NCBI GenBank assembly: GCA_973895155.1 | Contig: OZ316891.1 | Span: forward strand, 25,419,899-25,483,898 | Reading direction: 5' to 3' | Length of the DNA stretch: 64,000 bases | Source: Marsupella aquatica | Lineage: Eukaryota; Plantae; Marchantiophyta | Shown: piece by piece, positions 22,754 through 34,789 of the stretch | How the letters are laid out: the number at the start of each line of letters is the position of its first letter | Position numbering within the stretch: position 1 is the stretch's first letter | The notes under the pieces: generated by a model | Told to the model about the DNA's origin: nothing | The model's input: only the letters and a program-made list of their open reading frames with translations | Databases searched by the model: none | Program-made: the position numbers and the translations under genes

Positions 22754-25726
22754 CAATTAACTTCATCATCGGAAGTGGGCCCAGCAGCAGACGAACCTCC
22801 TAATACTGAGGCTAATAGGGATTTACACCATGATATGGGAGTGTCAGCTACCCTTGAGCCATTTGCACCAGAAGTATCCAAACTTGGACTTCAGCCGGCA
22901 AACCTCACGGATGGAATTGTGGATCCAAAAGCTTGTCAGAAAATCGAAATTGAGCCAGGCAAGTTTTTGAATATTGGTAAGCATATCGAAGGAGAGCTAC
23001 GGGAACAGTATATCAGTTTATTAACCCAGTATAAAGATGTCTTTGCCTGGAGTCATTCTGATTTAAAAGGTATCCATCCACATTTGGGCGAACATCGTAT
23101 TGACCTTATGGAAGGAGCAGTACCTGTCCGACAGAGACAGTACCGTTTGAATCCCAAATATTCCATCCTGGTTAAAGACGAGTTGGACAAGCTCACGACT
23201 GCTGGATTTATCTACCCGGTCTTGAGTAGTGAATGGGTCTCACCAATTGTCATTGTCCCCAAAAAGCCGGGACCCGATGGTAAAACGAAAATTCGCGTTT
23301 GTCAAGACTTCCGGAAGTTGAATGCTGCCACTCGGAAAGATCATTATCCTTTGCCATTTATTGATCTGGTACTTGATTCAGTGGCCTTGCATGAGTTATA
23401 CAGTTTTTTAGATGGGTACTCTGGTTATAACCAGGTGTCCATTCGGAAGGAGGATCGCGACAAGACTACGTTCACCACCGACTGGGGTACATATGCATTT
23501 ACCATGATGCCTTTTGGGCTGTGTAATGCCCCGGGTACTTTTCAGCGCATTATGATGATTATTTTTCAAGAATATTTGCGGCATTTCATGGAGATTTTTA
23601 TTGACGACTTTTGTGTTTACGGGTCAGCGGCTGAACACCTCGTCCATTTGGAGAAGACATTTCAGAAGTGTAGAGAGGCTCAGTTGTGTCTTCATCCAGA
23701 AAAGTGCTTTATTGGTATGAAGGAGGGAATTTTGTTAGGCCATGTTATTTCACAACGCGGCATTGAGGTTGATACAGAGAAGGTTAGAGTAATTATGGAG
23801 TTGCAACCACCGACCGATTTAAAGCAGCTTCGTGCTTTTCTGGGACATGTGGGGTATTATCGTCGGTTCATTTATAAACATGCTAATATTGCCTTACCCT
23901 TAACCCAACTGTTAAAAAGTGATGTGGAATATACATGGAATGAGGAGCGGCAGCAAGCATTCCAGTTGCTCAAGGATCGGTTAATCTCTGCACCTATTTT
24001 GTCACCCCCAGATTGGACTAAGAAGTTTCATGTCTTCATTGACTCTTCTGCGTTCTGCATTGGAGCTAATCTCAGTCAGAAGGATGTGGAAAACCGTGAC
24101 CATCCAATTTACTATGCCAGCCGCCAAATGAGTGCAGCCGAGAAAAACTACTCCGTCACTGAACGGGAAGCTTTGGCCATCGTCTTTGCGTGTAAGAAAT
24201 TTCGTCACTATTTGTTGGGGTATCAGGTTACTTTTCACACTGATCATAATTCCTTAAAATATTTGGTTAACCAAGTGGATCTCTCAGGACGAGTAGCCCG
24301 CTGGGTTTTACTACTCCAAGAATTTGATTATGAAGTTCATGTCCGACCTGGCAAACATCATGAGAATGCAGACTTCCTATCTCGGTTACCTGGTCCGGAG
24401 AATCAGCATAATCTCTCCGATGAATTTCCTGACGAGCATTTGTGGCACATTGAAGGGGAGTCTTCTCGATATTTTAATATTGTGCACATGCTGCTTCATG
24501 GAACGTTCCCTGAAGGCTTTAATGCGGAAGAACGAGCTGTCTTTGCTCATAAGGTGGGTCCCTATACCATTATTCGGGGCACTTTGTTTAAACAAGGTCC
24601 TGATCAACAATTGCGACGTTGTCTAGAGGATAGGGAACTTCCCCAAGTAATTGAAGCTTTACATTCAGGAGAAACCGGTGGGCATTATGCAGTGAATACC
24701 ACAGTTAAGAAAATTTTGGATGCTGGATACTGGTGGCCTACTATGCATCGAGATACTTACAATTTTATTAAGACCTGTGATCCCTGTCAAAGGATCGGGA
24801 AGCCCACTGCTAGTTCCAAATGGCCTCTTACGCCTATCCTTCCGTTGGCACCATTTGAGAAATGGGGGATTGATTTTATTGGCCCAATTTCTCCAGCAGC
24901 TCGGAAAAGCCGAAGCAAATATATTATTCTGGCCACTGATTATGCCACCAAATGGGTAGAGGCGAAAGCTACTCGCAAGAATGATGCTATAACCGCAGCT
25001 GCATTTCTCTTTGAGCACATTATCACCCGGTTTGGTTGTCCTTTGGAGTTGGTAAGCGATAGGGGTTTGCATTTTCTTAACTCAACTATTGAGTTAATCA
25101 CTGACCTTTATCTTATCAAGCATCGCAAAACTACTCCTTACAACCCCCGAGCTAATGGCTTAACCGAGAGAGCTAATGGCATTATGGGCAAGATTCTGAA
25201 TAAAATGGTAGAATCTCACAAGACAGATTGGGATGTGAAGCTCCATTCTGCATTATGGGCTTACCGCACCGCTGAGAAGATTACAACTCTTCACACCCCC
25301 TTCTATCTGACCTATGGCCTGAATAGTATTATTCCAATAGAATTTTCGTTACCAACGGAACGTATCTTGGTACCACACCGACTCTCTCCTTCAGATAGTC
25401 TCTCACATCGGTTTTCCAATATTGTTAAATTAGAAGAAGTTAGACTTTTAGCATTAGACCATACAGTCACCATTCAGAACCAGCGTAAACTTGCTTATGA
25501 TAAGAAGCTGCGCGTAGTGCAGTTAGATGTTGGTGATTTAGCATTAGTCTTTGATTCTCGTTATATGCTATTTCCTGGGAAACTTCATACTCATTGGATT
25601 GGTCCTTACCGAGTTACACACATCTGGGATAATGGTTCAGTTTCATTGACTACCTTAGATGGTCACCCACTTAACACTAGAATCAATGGGTTTAGGATTA
25701 AACGGTACTATGAGTCTTCCATTTAG
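22754..25726 (+). CDS. pol: Gypsy RT-RNase H-integrase, in frame with gag-PR across a single TGA
   Basis: DFRKLN, LDGYSGYNQ, MPFGLCNAP, FIDDF; RNase H DSSAF..ERE..TDH; integrase GH...C..CQ, WGIDF, SDRG, ER.N. Confidence 0.95.
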   Translation, partial: QLTSSSEVGPAADEPPNTEANRDLHHDMGVSATLEPFAPEVSKLGLQPANLTDGIVDPKACQKIEIEPGKFLNIGKHIEGELREQYISLLTQYKDVFAWSHSDLKGIHPHLGEHRIDLMEGAVPVRQRQYRLNPKYSILVKDELDKLTTAGFIYPVLSSEWVSPIVIVPKKPGPDGKTKIRVCQDFRKLNAATRKDHYPLPFIDLVLDSVALHELYSFLDGYSGYNQVSIRKEDRDKTTFTTDWGTYAFTMMPFGLCNAPGTFQRIMMIIFQEYLRHFMEIFIDDFCVYGSAAEHLVHLEKTFQKCREAQLCLHPEKCFIGMKEGILLGHVISQRGIEVDTEKVRVIMELQPPTDLKQLRAFLGHVGYYRRFIYKHANIALPLTQLLKSDVEYTWNEERQQAFQLLKDRLISAPILSPPDWTKKFHVFIDSSAFCIGANLSQKDVENRDHPIYYASRQMSAAEKNYSVTEREALAIVFACKKFRHYLLGYQVTFHTDHNSLKYLVNQVDLSGRVARWVLLLQEFDYEVHVRPGKHHENADFLSRLPGPENQHNLSDEFPDEHLWHIEGESSRYFNIVHMLLHGTFPEGFNAEERAVFAHKVGPYTIIRGTLFKQGPDQQLRRCLEDRELPQVIEALHSGETGGHYAVNTTVKKILDAGYWWPTMHRDTYNFIKTCDPCQRIGKPTASSKWPLTPILPLAPFEKWGIDFIGPISPAARKSRSKYIILATDYATKWVEAKATRKNDAITAAAFLFEHIITRFGCPLELVSDRGLHFLNSTIELITDLYLIKHRKTTPYNPRANGLTERANGIMGKILNKMVESHKTDWDVKLHSALWAYRTAEKITTLHTPFYLTYGLNSIIPIEFSLPTERILVPHRLSPSDSLSHRFSNIVKLEEVRLLALDHTVTIQNQRKLAYDKKLRVVQLDVGDLALVFDSRYMLFPGKLHTHWIGPYRVTHIWDNGSVSLTTLDGHPLNTRINGFRIKRYYESSI

Positions 25727-26109
25727 AATTCCACCTGGGACAGGTTGCAATTTAAGTGGAGGGCGGTAGTTATACTTAGTTAGAATTAGTGACCCTCCCT
25801 AGTAAGTATTCGGCATATTTTTTTAATTTTTTTTAGTTACTTTCAGTTTTTACATTGGACGCTGTGAAAAGCGTCCATTGTAACTCGACGCTGGGGAAGC
25901 GTCCACTTAGTTTACAAAGGACGTTGTGCAGAGGTCCGCTTTTGTATTAGTTCAGTTGCATGAGACGCTGTGAGCCGATGACTAGGCATCTTGTACAATG
26001 GCGGATTGCGACAGCTCAACGGGACGCTGAGGAGTAAGCAGTCGCGCTTCGCCCTAGTTCACTATGGAACACGATTCTCACTGAGCTTACGGAGCTAACA
26101 AGTCACGCG

Positions 26110-29100
26110 ATGGCGGAGACTGAGCTGACGACGCGACCAATACTCGCAGACATTCCATCGAATGCAATGCATAGGCGGCAGTTGAAGACGGCTCTGGCAA
26201 AAATGGGCTTGAAGAAGCTGCTTCAACTTCCTTGGAAGATTTGCGAATTCAGCCTTATCGATCAAGGTGTCTGGGACACTGAAGAAAGGATTGGTGTGCG
26301 CTCGCGTCCCAGTGTTTGGACTGAAGCGCTCATAGCGAAGGTCTATTCGACGCCGATGGAGGGCGAGGATTTACAGAGGGTTGATTGTGAGCCTCGGGTT
26401 TATGTAGAATCCTTCTTCGCTCCAGGATCTTTCAAGAGGCGGAATGGATGGCTAGCGGCGGACTGCTTAGATAATTCTCTGTAGCGTCTATTTCGATTTC
26501 TGGCACCAATTTTCTACCCAGAAAGCCAGACGCGCATCACTCTTTCGTTCGCTGCAACGGTGATCTGTTCATTAGAACAGACGCAGTCTATCAATTGGAC
26601 GAAGGTTTTGCACCGAGTAATTCATACTCAGGTCAAAAATTTTCGTAGCAGGCTGAAAACGGGGAAAATAAGGTGTACCTACTTGGCCCCTTATTTAGCT
26701 CACATTTACCATAAGTATGACTGTCTGCTTGTCTTGGAAAAAGATTTTTATCGCAACAATCAGAGAGCATCTACCGGTGAAGCAAATTATATGCCTGAAG
26801 TACGAGAAGTCCGAGCCAATTCCACAGTGGTAGAGCTATGTGCAATACTCGACTGTGAGGAACCTGAACTGGTGGGTGAAGTTCGGAAATTGAAAGAGAC
26901 AAGAGCATCAGCTGAAGGGAGTGACGATCCGATTCTTCACCAACCAAGAGAGGCTCAAGTTGCCGAAGATGTTCCTTCAACAATGCCAATAGGGTTGGAG
27001 CATTCTATGTCACCTCGACTCTCGTGTTCACCTTGTGCTGCCGAGCCTATTTATGATGTTGATCAGGATAATTCTGCTTCTCGGATGAATGTTGAAGATG
27101 AGGTGAGGGTGGATGAAGAAGGTTTTTCAGGGGAACCTCTTCAACATTCTACTGCTGAGGACGAGTATGATGGATTTACTTCTACCCCTGTTTTGGTTCC
27201 CATAGAGGCAAATAGTGATGCTTTGCAGGCTTTACAGGAGTATGATTCGTCCGACTCTCTTAGTTCTAGCCCAAATATAGGTGAAATCCCTCTGGTCCAG
27301 GAGTCAGAAATATTAAGCTCAGAAATTGTGAAGCTGGTTAAAGTTGATTCGGAGGATGCAATTGTGGATATAGACGAAGTAGGTGAACCAGTGACTTCTC
27401 CCCAATCTGTCGCAAGATACCCTGCCTGGTCTACACCTGGTTCACTCATATCGATTCCTTTGGATATAACTAAGGAATTAGATGAGGCAATAGCCGCGAT
27501 AGGAGCTCCTTCATTTCCGCCTGTAAAATGGGTTTCTCCTGAAGATGAGTTGATTGAAGGAGGCTCTGCTGGTTTTCCGAGTCGCAATCAGGTATCTGGT
27601 AATATGGGTATATCTGTACCCATATTGGTACCCGAGACACCCGCTTCGACAACCAGCTCAGCACCAGTTTCATTGGCTACAAACGAGGATAAAAACATTC
27701 GGGAGGAGTTTTCAGTGACGTATACTCGAAAATCTTGGAAACGGTTGCGCCATGCTATCAGTCGACAGATCTTTCCTGAAGCATCTTCCCAGGATTTTGA
27801 ACAGGGAGAAGCACCTATCGGAACAGACGAGCTACCCCTTCCTGTACTTTTGACAGATCGAACTAACCAGGAAGTCTCTTTACCTAGCGATAATTTTAAA
27901 GAAGAACTTCCTGTTTTAGTACCAATGCATCCCATTGCAGATCAACCAGCTACTGTTGCAAGAGAAGAATTTGAACCACTGGAGCCCGAACCTTCTGCTC
28001 CTTCGTCTCCTGTTACATTGCCAATTCGACCAGTTAAGGAGTCAGTGATTCCTTCCGCTATGCCAGATGTAATTTTCCGTTGGATAGGAGCACCAAGTGA
28101 TGGAGAAGAAGACGAAGACCCTCGCATTATCAGAGTACCTCCTCGACTTCGGCATACAGTGGATTTGCCACCCCGAAATCCTATCCCTAATTTGGCTTCA
28201 ATTCACAGGTGGGAGAAGAAACATTTTCGAGTAGCTTTTCGACATCTGGAGATGGAGAGCATTTTGCAGCAGCAGCAGATTTTGCCAATGACATCCCATC
28301 CGAGGATTCGTAGTTTGATTCGCACATATGAACCTGGGAAGGCGGTTCCTCCCATTGATAAGGACAGACGACATAAGTTTTCGGAGTTCGAAATTTGGTG
28401 TTGGGTGTATATGCTTCGACGAGCTCAAGCTCCATTTCCGCCCCTTGTGCCGGAAATTCCATGGCCCTATCCATACTATGTTTGGGTTTGTCCTGGTGGG
28501 TTTGCTATTCCAATTAAATATGAGAAGAAGCTTGTTAAGCTAAGGGAGCAGTTGATTACAAAACAATGTATGCTACCGGCTTCCCAAGGGTTCAAGTCGC
28601 TTAGGTGTTTAGCGTTCCTACCTATTATTCCTTCTTATCCGGATGTGATTATTCAAGGTGTTTTATCTAGGACACAGATTTGAAGGACACCATTTATGAG
28701 AGATATCAAACGGTGTTGTCATTTATATGTATATAAGCCGTTACTTTTGCAGCATCCTGCAATTGTTTCCTTCTTTCTCCTTCGAATTGATATTTATCTG
28801 CTCATGTGGGACATCAAAGCTACTATGGATTGTTGGAATTCTTTACCCCGTGCTTTCCAACATTCCTTTGAAGGCAAGATCAAACTGGGAGGACATGCTA
28901 TTCAACACTTTGTTATTGATCCAGGCTCTCGAATTAATTTCCTCTCCCACAGACTGTGCCAGCAATTTGTTCATCAAGAAGTACAACCGATATCTGCTCA
29001 GATATCAATCGATGGACGAATCATTAATCTTTGGGGAAGAGTTAAAGGAGTCCCAATACAGATCGGAGAAGAATTCCATGACCTCGATTTTTATATTCTG

Positions 29101-29172
29101 GATTCGGATATCTCCCAACTCCCGTCAATGATTTTGAGCACTACTTGGATTATTAAGCCAGAATATTATTAA
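26110..29172 (+). pseudogene. Gypsy extra 3' ORF (one frame, two internal stops) ending in a second retropepsin-like domain
   Basis: ORFs 26110-26484, 26560-28683 and 28696-29172 share one frame; the last has FVIDPGSRINFLS...LDFYIL...MILSTTWI. Confidence 0.65.
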
Positions 29173-29249
29173 TGAAGAACATGTCACTCGCTTCTGATTC
29201 AATTCGGTCATGTCTTGTGGGGACACGGCGAAATTTAAGTGGAGGGCTA

Positions 29250-30637
29250 TGTGGTATGGGTGTCCCTGCAATTTTTTCTGGAAACTTGTTTATTTTTAGC
29301 ATATCACAAGATTTACTTACACTTTAGACACCTTCCGGCCAACATTTACTTGTTCTGGACACTTATAGAAATATTTGACATCTCCGGCTTTCCTGACGAT
29401 TCCTAGTGTACTTTGCCCGACGCTGTGACCAGCGCCCGTTTCTTTTACTCAAGACGCTGCGGAAGCGTCCAACCTCCTCATGACGCTTTTGGCAGTGCCC
29501 GACCGCCACCAAGACTCTATGAGGATTTCGACCGACGCTGTGGAAAGCGTCAGCTTCAACACACGACGCTGTGAGCAGCGTCCACCCTAGTATTGACGCT
29601 GTGAGCAGTGTGAGCAGCGTCCGTTGGTTTTACTTAAGACGCTTCTAGCAGCGTCCAGATTCTCCCGACGCTTCTAGCAGCGTCCGCTCAACACTTAGTT
29701 TTTGAAGTAGATTACTAGTAAAGTAGTATTCTACCACCCTTGTTGAAGTACTTATGCTGTGCTTCTCCCTTGTTTAGTTTTAAGCTTGGAAAGGCACGAC
29801 TGTTCTTACCTCCTCCATTTTAGGATTCCAGCACTTATAAGACAGAGTAGAATGCTCATTTGAAGTAGAGAGAAATAGAGTTAATACTGTATTCAGAATT
29901 GAGTCTTCTGAATAGTTTTCTCCTCCTTCCATTGTAACAAGGCATGCTGTGAGTGTTTTGTATGGAAGTAAAGCTATATTGATTGAAGTTAAGATTGAAT
30001 TCAAGAGATTCCTGTGGTGATTGAATTCAGTTGCAGATTTCTGAAACTCGTATTGAATTCACTGCTAGGCTTGCTTGCAGAGTCGGGATTCGCTAGCCAA
30101 TTCAAGAATAGTTAATGATAAATGAGAAGTAAATTCTGATTCTCAGAGTAGTTAGTACTGTTGCTTTGATTCTGGAATATGGTTTAGAGTTTGACTGAAT
30201 TGCGTATCGCTGATGTCAAACCATGTTGACGGCATTTTAAATCATATCATTCATTTGCAATCAGAAAGCTTCTGCTTCATCAGATTGAGAATTCCATTAT
30301 CATTAACCTTTGTGTTTTGAAGAGTGAGATGGATGAATTATGAGATAGATTTCATGTCTATACTGAGCCCAAATCCTTTCTGAAGGAGTGGCAGTAGCTT
30401 GTAGTCTCTAAATCCTTACTCATTTCTTCTCTAATTCATAAATCAGAAGTTCAGTTACTTTGTTGTTTGTTTATTCGATTTTTTTTATTGAGAAGTGAAG
30501 TCAACATAGAGCTCAAGACTCTAAATCACTCGGAGTGATAAAAGTTATACAATTCATTCTGAAATCTGTTCTTAAAGGGATCGAAACCCTGGTTTTAGGT
30601 GAGGAGAGTCACTTTTGATACTTAGCACTATACGACA
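29250..30637 (+). repeat. Gypsy 3' LTR (1388 bp)
   Basis: Preceded by PPT-like AATTTAAGTGGAGGGC (also present at ~25749 after pol). Confidence 0.96.
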
Positions 30638-31135
30638 TCTTTTGAAGCTCCTCTTGCCGGGCCGCCTCTTGTTGGGCCGCCTCTTGTCGGGACGCCACCT
30701 CCTGCCGGACCGCCTCCTTCTTTTGAAGCTCCTCCTACCGGGCCTCCTCCAGCCGGGCCTCCTCCTGCCGGGCCTCCTCCTGCCGGGCCGCCTCCTTCTT
30801 TTGAAGCTCCTCTTGCCGGGACGCCTCCTGTCGGGCCTCCTTCTGCCGGGCCTCCTTCTGCCGGGCTGCCTCAAGTCGAGGCTCCTGTGTGGCCTCTTCA
30901 TCAGAGTCCTCAGCGTCCTCAGAACCCTCCATCTCCTCGCCCTCTTCATCAGCGTCCTCAGCGTCCTTCATCTCCTCTCCGTCACTCTCTTCTTCTCCTC
31001 TATTGTCGGAATCTCCGACGTCGTTTTGCTCTGGATCTTGGTCATTGACATCCCCTTCCGCGTCACCTTCCCCCTCACCATCCGCATCACCATTGCTCCC
31101 TGCATCCTCAACATTGAAGCCGCAGTCGACTTGAT
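30638..31135 (-). pseudogene. Element A cargo gene exon: acidic tract and EEARQ repeats
   Basis: Acceptor TTCAG at 31136; DQVDCGF...EEMKDAEDADEE...EAARQEEARQ; interrupted by the Gypsy. Confidence 0.75.
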
Positions 31136-31263
31136 CTGAATAAAATCAGATTATTTGATAAGAATGACTCACGCGCATATTCGCGTGAAAAGAAATGTTA
31201 AGAATGTCCACGCGCATGTTTGCGTGACGCAATAAAAAGCAAGAGGTTTCAAAAGTAACCTAC

Positions 31264-32989
31264 CTTGGATTGGCCCAGTAGGGTACTCCGTTGGTCGAAT
31301 GTACAATCAATCGGAATCTTCAAAGAGTGCATACTCTTGCAATAATTGATTACAAATATTATCAGGGATATGTTGTTCGTGGAGGACATCCAAAACATCA
31401 GCCCTGAGAGCAGTTACGGATGGACGGTACTTCATTAATTTATCTATAAATTTTTCTATACTAGCCCGTACTGGGTCAATCAATGACAGTGTTGTATCAA
31501 TTGTTGTTGTGGTGTGTTGCAATAAACAAGACAACTCCCTATGGGTTGCCACAGGGCAGTAATATTTTACATTGGATCCAGCATCCTGTAAAAAAAGCCT
31601 AAATTAGTTCACAATATTAATTGAGAATATAATAATCTAAATAATCTTAAAATTGAAACCCCAAAATATAAATCTCAAAACTTACCATTAAGCACTGAAT
31701 CAAGTTCGTTCCCTCACCGAAGCATATAGCACATTCCCCACATTGGATAAATTGACTAACAATACTTTCAAAGAATGGAAGTATCTTTTTTGGGGAAGGT
31801 GTTGTGAACTCGTCGCTCTCTTCAAAATTGGCTATCTTCTCAATCCGATATTTGGAGACCAATTGGAACTCGAGGGCTTGTGGATTGCCCATTGTGTTGA
31901 AGGCCAAGCTGTGAAAAGCGTAGGTTACAATAAGCTTCTTCTCCTTCGGCCGCTTCTGAATGTAATGGCTATCAATAGCAACGTAGTGTGTGTACTTCCC
32001 TAATTCCCGTTTGATTAAGTAAGACTCAACGGGAGAGGCTACAATAATAACCACATGGTGTGGTTTTGCCCCTATCTCGCTAGTAGCACGAAATAACCTC
32101 TCATAGAATGAGAAATTTGGCGGACGCAAATCTCCCATTGATGAGGGATCAAAATAAATCAAGCTCGCAAGGTTCTTGTCTTCACGTATGATACAGTTTG
32201 CAAACCCAACATTTTGTATATCCTACAGGGATCGCAATTTTAGCCTCTCACTGATGGGCCGCAGTAGTTGGTTTCCTTGACTATCAACTGATTTCTGTAT
32301 TCCTTCCACCAACTTGTAGAATATCGGGTCGATCTCTTTCAACAAATTATCATTACTAATATTTACATTTAAGCACTTCTTCAGATAACCACTCAACGCA
32401 TCTCTCAACTGCTTCAGCACCATCTTGTCGAGCTTAAAGCGATCAATCATTCCTTTGACCCGCAATTTCCGCGCTGAATCTGTCAGACTTTTCAGCTCCG
32501 TTCGGGTGGATGTATCCCCGTTGAGTTTACTCAATAATAAAATCTCAAACTCAACTTTTGTCTTCTTCTTTATACAGAATTGCTCCAAACTCATGCTGGT
32601 CGTTGACAACACTGGAGCCTCAGAGGACTTCCTCTCCTTCCCAGATTTCACTTTGATGCTTCGGTTTTTGAGTATAGACAGTCTTCCGCTCAACATATAT
32701 TCCGCTACCTTTCAAAGAACCAAGTCTGAGCACCCTTGACAAGAACGGAACGTCTTCTTCAGAAGATGATAAGCACATGGATATCCAAAATTTTGACGGC
32801 GTCCCTCTGTAAAATTCTGTTGTAAATTACAAGCTCTCCTGTCCTTGATAGTTCGTAGACCTCCATCCACTTCTTGAATGTTTCGTCCTCCATTGTAAAG
32901 AGAAATGGAGCCAATTCTCCAAATTTCATCATTTTGTTCTTCCCCATTTGAGCCCATGGGAAAACAAAACTTGTAGCTCTCATAAATAC
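31264..32989 (-). pseudogene. Element A cargo gene exons: helical region and degenerate N6/N4 DNA methyltransferase-like domain
   Basis: SLIYFDPSS (DPPY-like position) and PKKILPFFESIVSQFIQCGECAICFGEG (motif X-I-like); colinear with element B 58740-60210; GT-AG introns 31586-31685 and 31136-31263. Confidence 0.5.
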
Positions 32990-33082
32990 CTGAAAAACAA
33001 TGGAAACATGACAATTCTAAGATTGATGCGACCGTTCGCGTGACAAAAACGATAATGCGATCGAAGAGGGTTATTTACATAC

Positions 33083-34321
33083 CTTCCAATTTGGATGACG
33101 ACAATGTGATCCAGGCTGCCCAAATGAGTTCCAGATATTATGACACTATCGTACAATGGTGAGAAACTATCTTTCTTCCATTGATGTTTGATGATAGTGG
33201 TTCAGAGCTTTCGATAATCCTATCAAATGAACATTATTATCGTTGTTGAGCGTTGCCCAAAACATTACAGCTTCTACAGTACCGCAAGCGTCTTGTACAA
33301 CTTGGCTAACTTTGTCGTCCTCTTTCAGCAATTTGTACGCCATTATTGTGTGCTGGCCTTCGAGTATCCAAAAATGACTGGTCATAATGTCCTCCTCCTT
33401 TGGCGCCAAATCATAGGGCGCCCCATTATAGTCGGGATCTCTGTCAGCCTCCGACTGAACCCACTTCACAAGGACTAAAAAGCAGCATCACTTTTCGAAC
33501 TTTATAGCCGAATGAGAGAGGAGTGAATTCTTTAGCCTATCTGTGTAATCCTGATTCCACTCTCGGCACTTGATGTGGTCCGGTGCAAGATGACAACGTG
33601 ATGTATCAACAAAAAATGACTTGTTGTTAAATATATTCACAACACTATATTCTTTGAGGAAAGAATCAAACAGAGCCCCGACATTCGCTGAGGTAATTAC
33701 TTTCGGAAGATTCTCCGCCGAGTATACTTCAACCTTGGTCACTAGCGGGGCCTTTCCCAAGCAAAATCCCTGGTTGGAAGGAACTCTCTGGAACTCAAGT
33801 ATGTCAATAATGTATTGACAAATCAAATCTCCCGTTGATCCCTCTGGATCGGAAGGATATCCCACACTAGTAACCTTTTCCAAGGCGTGCCTTGCACCTA
33901 GAAGATCATCGATTCTGGGTTGATTGAAGGTTACATATTGCGTTTGATCCAAACAAATGCTTATTTTGTCCTCCTGCTGGTCATCGTTGACTAGCAGAAC
34001 CAATCCCTTTGTACACTCTTTAACTTTCATGTTCTTCTCAAAGAAACACCCAAGAATTTGTGATCTCTCCAAAACTATAGCTTTATCATTTTTTGCCACC
34101 ACAAGACGGACAGCCCCATTGCAAACGACTATTCCAAAATTGGATATCTCAGTCGATTCAAAGAGATGGATACTCTTTGTCTCCGTTGTTCTCTCTCTGA
34201 TTGACTTTCCTCGATATGCAAGTATGGATGTCTTCGCAGGAGTCATTTTTGTCTTGGATTTCTTACAAGAAGCAGCTATAGACGAGCCTCTTTTCCGCTT
34301 TGAAGTTCCGGTAGGATCCAT
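33083..34321 (-). pseudogene. Element A cargo gene exon 1: ParB/Srx-like domain
   Basis: FFVDTSRCHLAPDHIKCREWNQDYTDRLKNSL ... FWILEGQHTIMA; homologous to 57549-58244; intron 32990-33082. Confidence 0.65.
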
Positions 34322-34396
34322 TCTGAAATAGACAAATATTGAAAGTTAAACGTTTATTATAAAATACTAACACGCGCATGGTCGCGTCGTGCCAAA

Positions 34397-34596
34397 TTAC
34401 ATTTTAGGAACGTTTATCCTGACCCAATCTTCTCGCTCATCTTCATCTAACCAAAACCAAAGGTTCCTAAACGTGTCAAGTTCAGATCCTTCAAATCCAC
34501 CCAGAATGTCCAGCGGCGGGAGAGTTCTGATGGATTCTGTAAATCTGCATGCTACACTCCGTGAAGTCAAATGCCTTCGAAGCGATTCATATCCTG
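34397..34596 (-). pseudogene. 3' half of F-box-like gene split by element B
   Basis: Joining 62753 to 34592 gives an open frame DRPG-YESLRR...SIRTLPPLDILG...LDEDERE...PKM*, which resembles paralog 63119-63565 (DISMLPEISVLG...LDEEERD). Confidence 0.8.
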
Positions 34597-34789
34597 ATCA
34601 GCCTATTCATTAAAAGTGTATTATTATTTGATTTATGTACATTTGGGCAATGAAAAGTGTAAATTTGAACATCAAAATAGGTACATTTGGCTTTAAAAGT
34701 GTACATTTGAGTACATTTGGCCTAGAAAGTGTACATTTGAGTGAAAAATGCATACATTTGGCTTAAAAAGTGTACATTTAAGTGTATTT
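34597..34789. repeat. Element B TIR and subterminal GTACATTT repeats
   Basis: 26-bp TIR followed by several AAAGTGTACATTT(G) copies. Confidence 0.9.

Larger units (their letters stand above)
17133..30637 (+). mobile_element. Full-length Ty3/Gypsy LTR retrotransposon, Athila-like non-chromovirus, with extra 3' ORF
   Basis: LTRs 17133-18481 and 29250-30637 (TG...CA); 5-bp TSD TCTTT; PBS TGGCGCCGCTGCCGGGGA; domain order gag-PR-RT-RH-INT. Confidence 0.96.

Noticed and set aside
26560-28683. Envelope gene
   Set aside because: No evident signal peptide or transmembrane helix; mostly acidic and proline-rich.
34591-34598. 8-bp TSD (hAT-like) for element B
   Set aside because: ATCCTGAT vs ATCCTGGT mismatch, and the related MITE shows TIRs starting ATCA with a clean 4-bp TSD.
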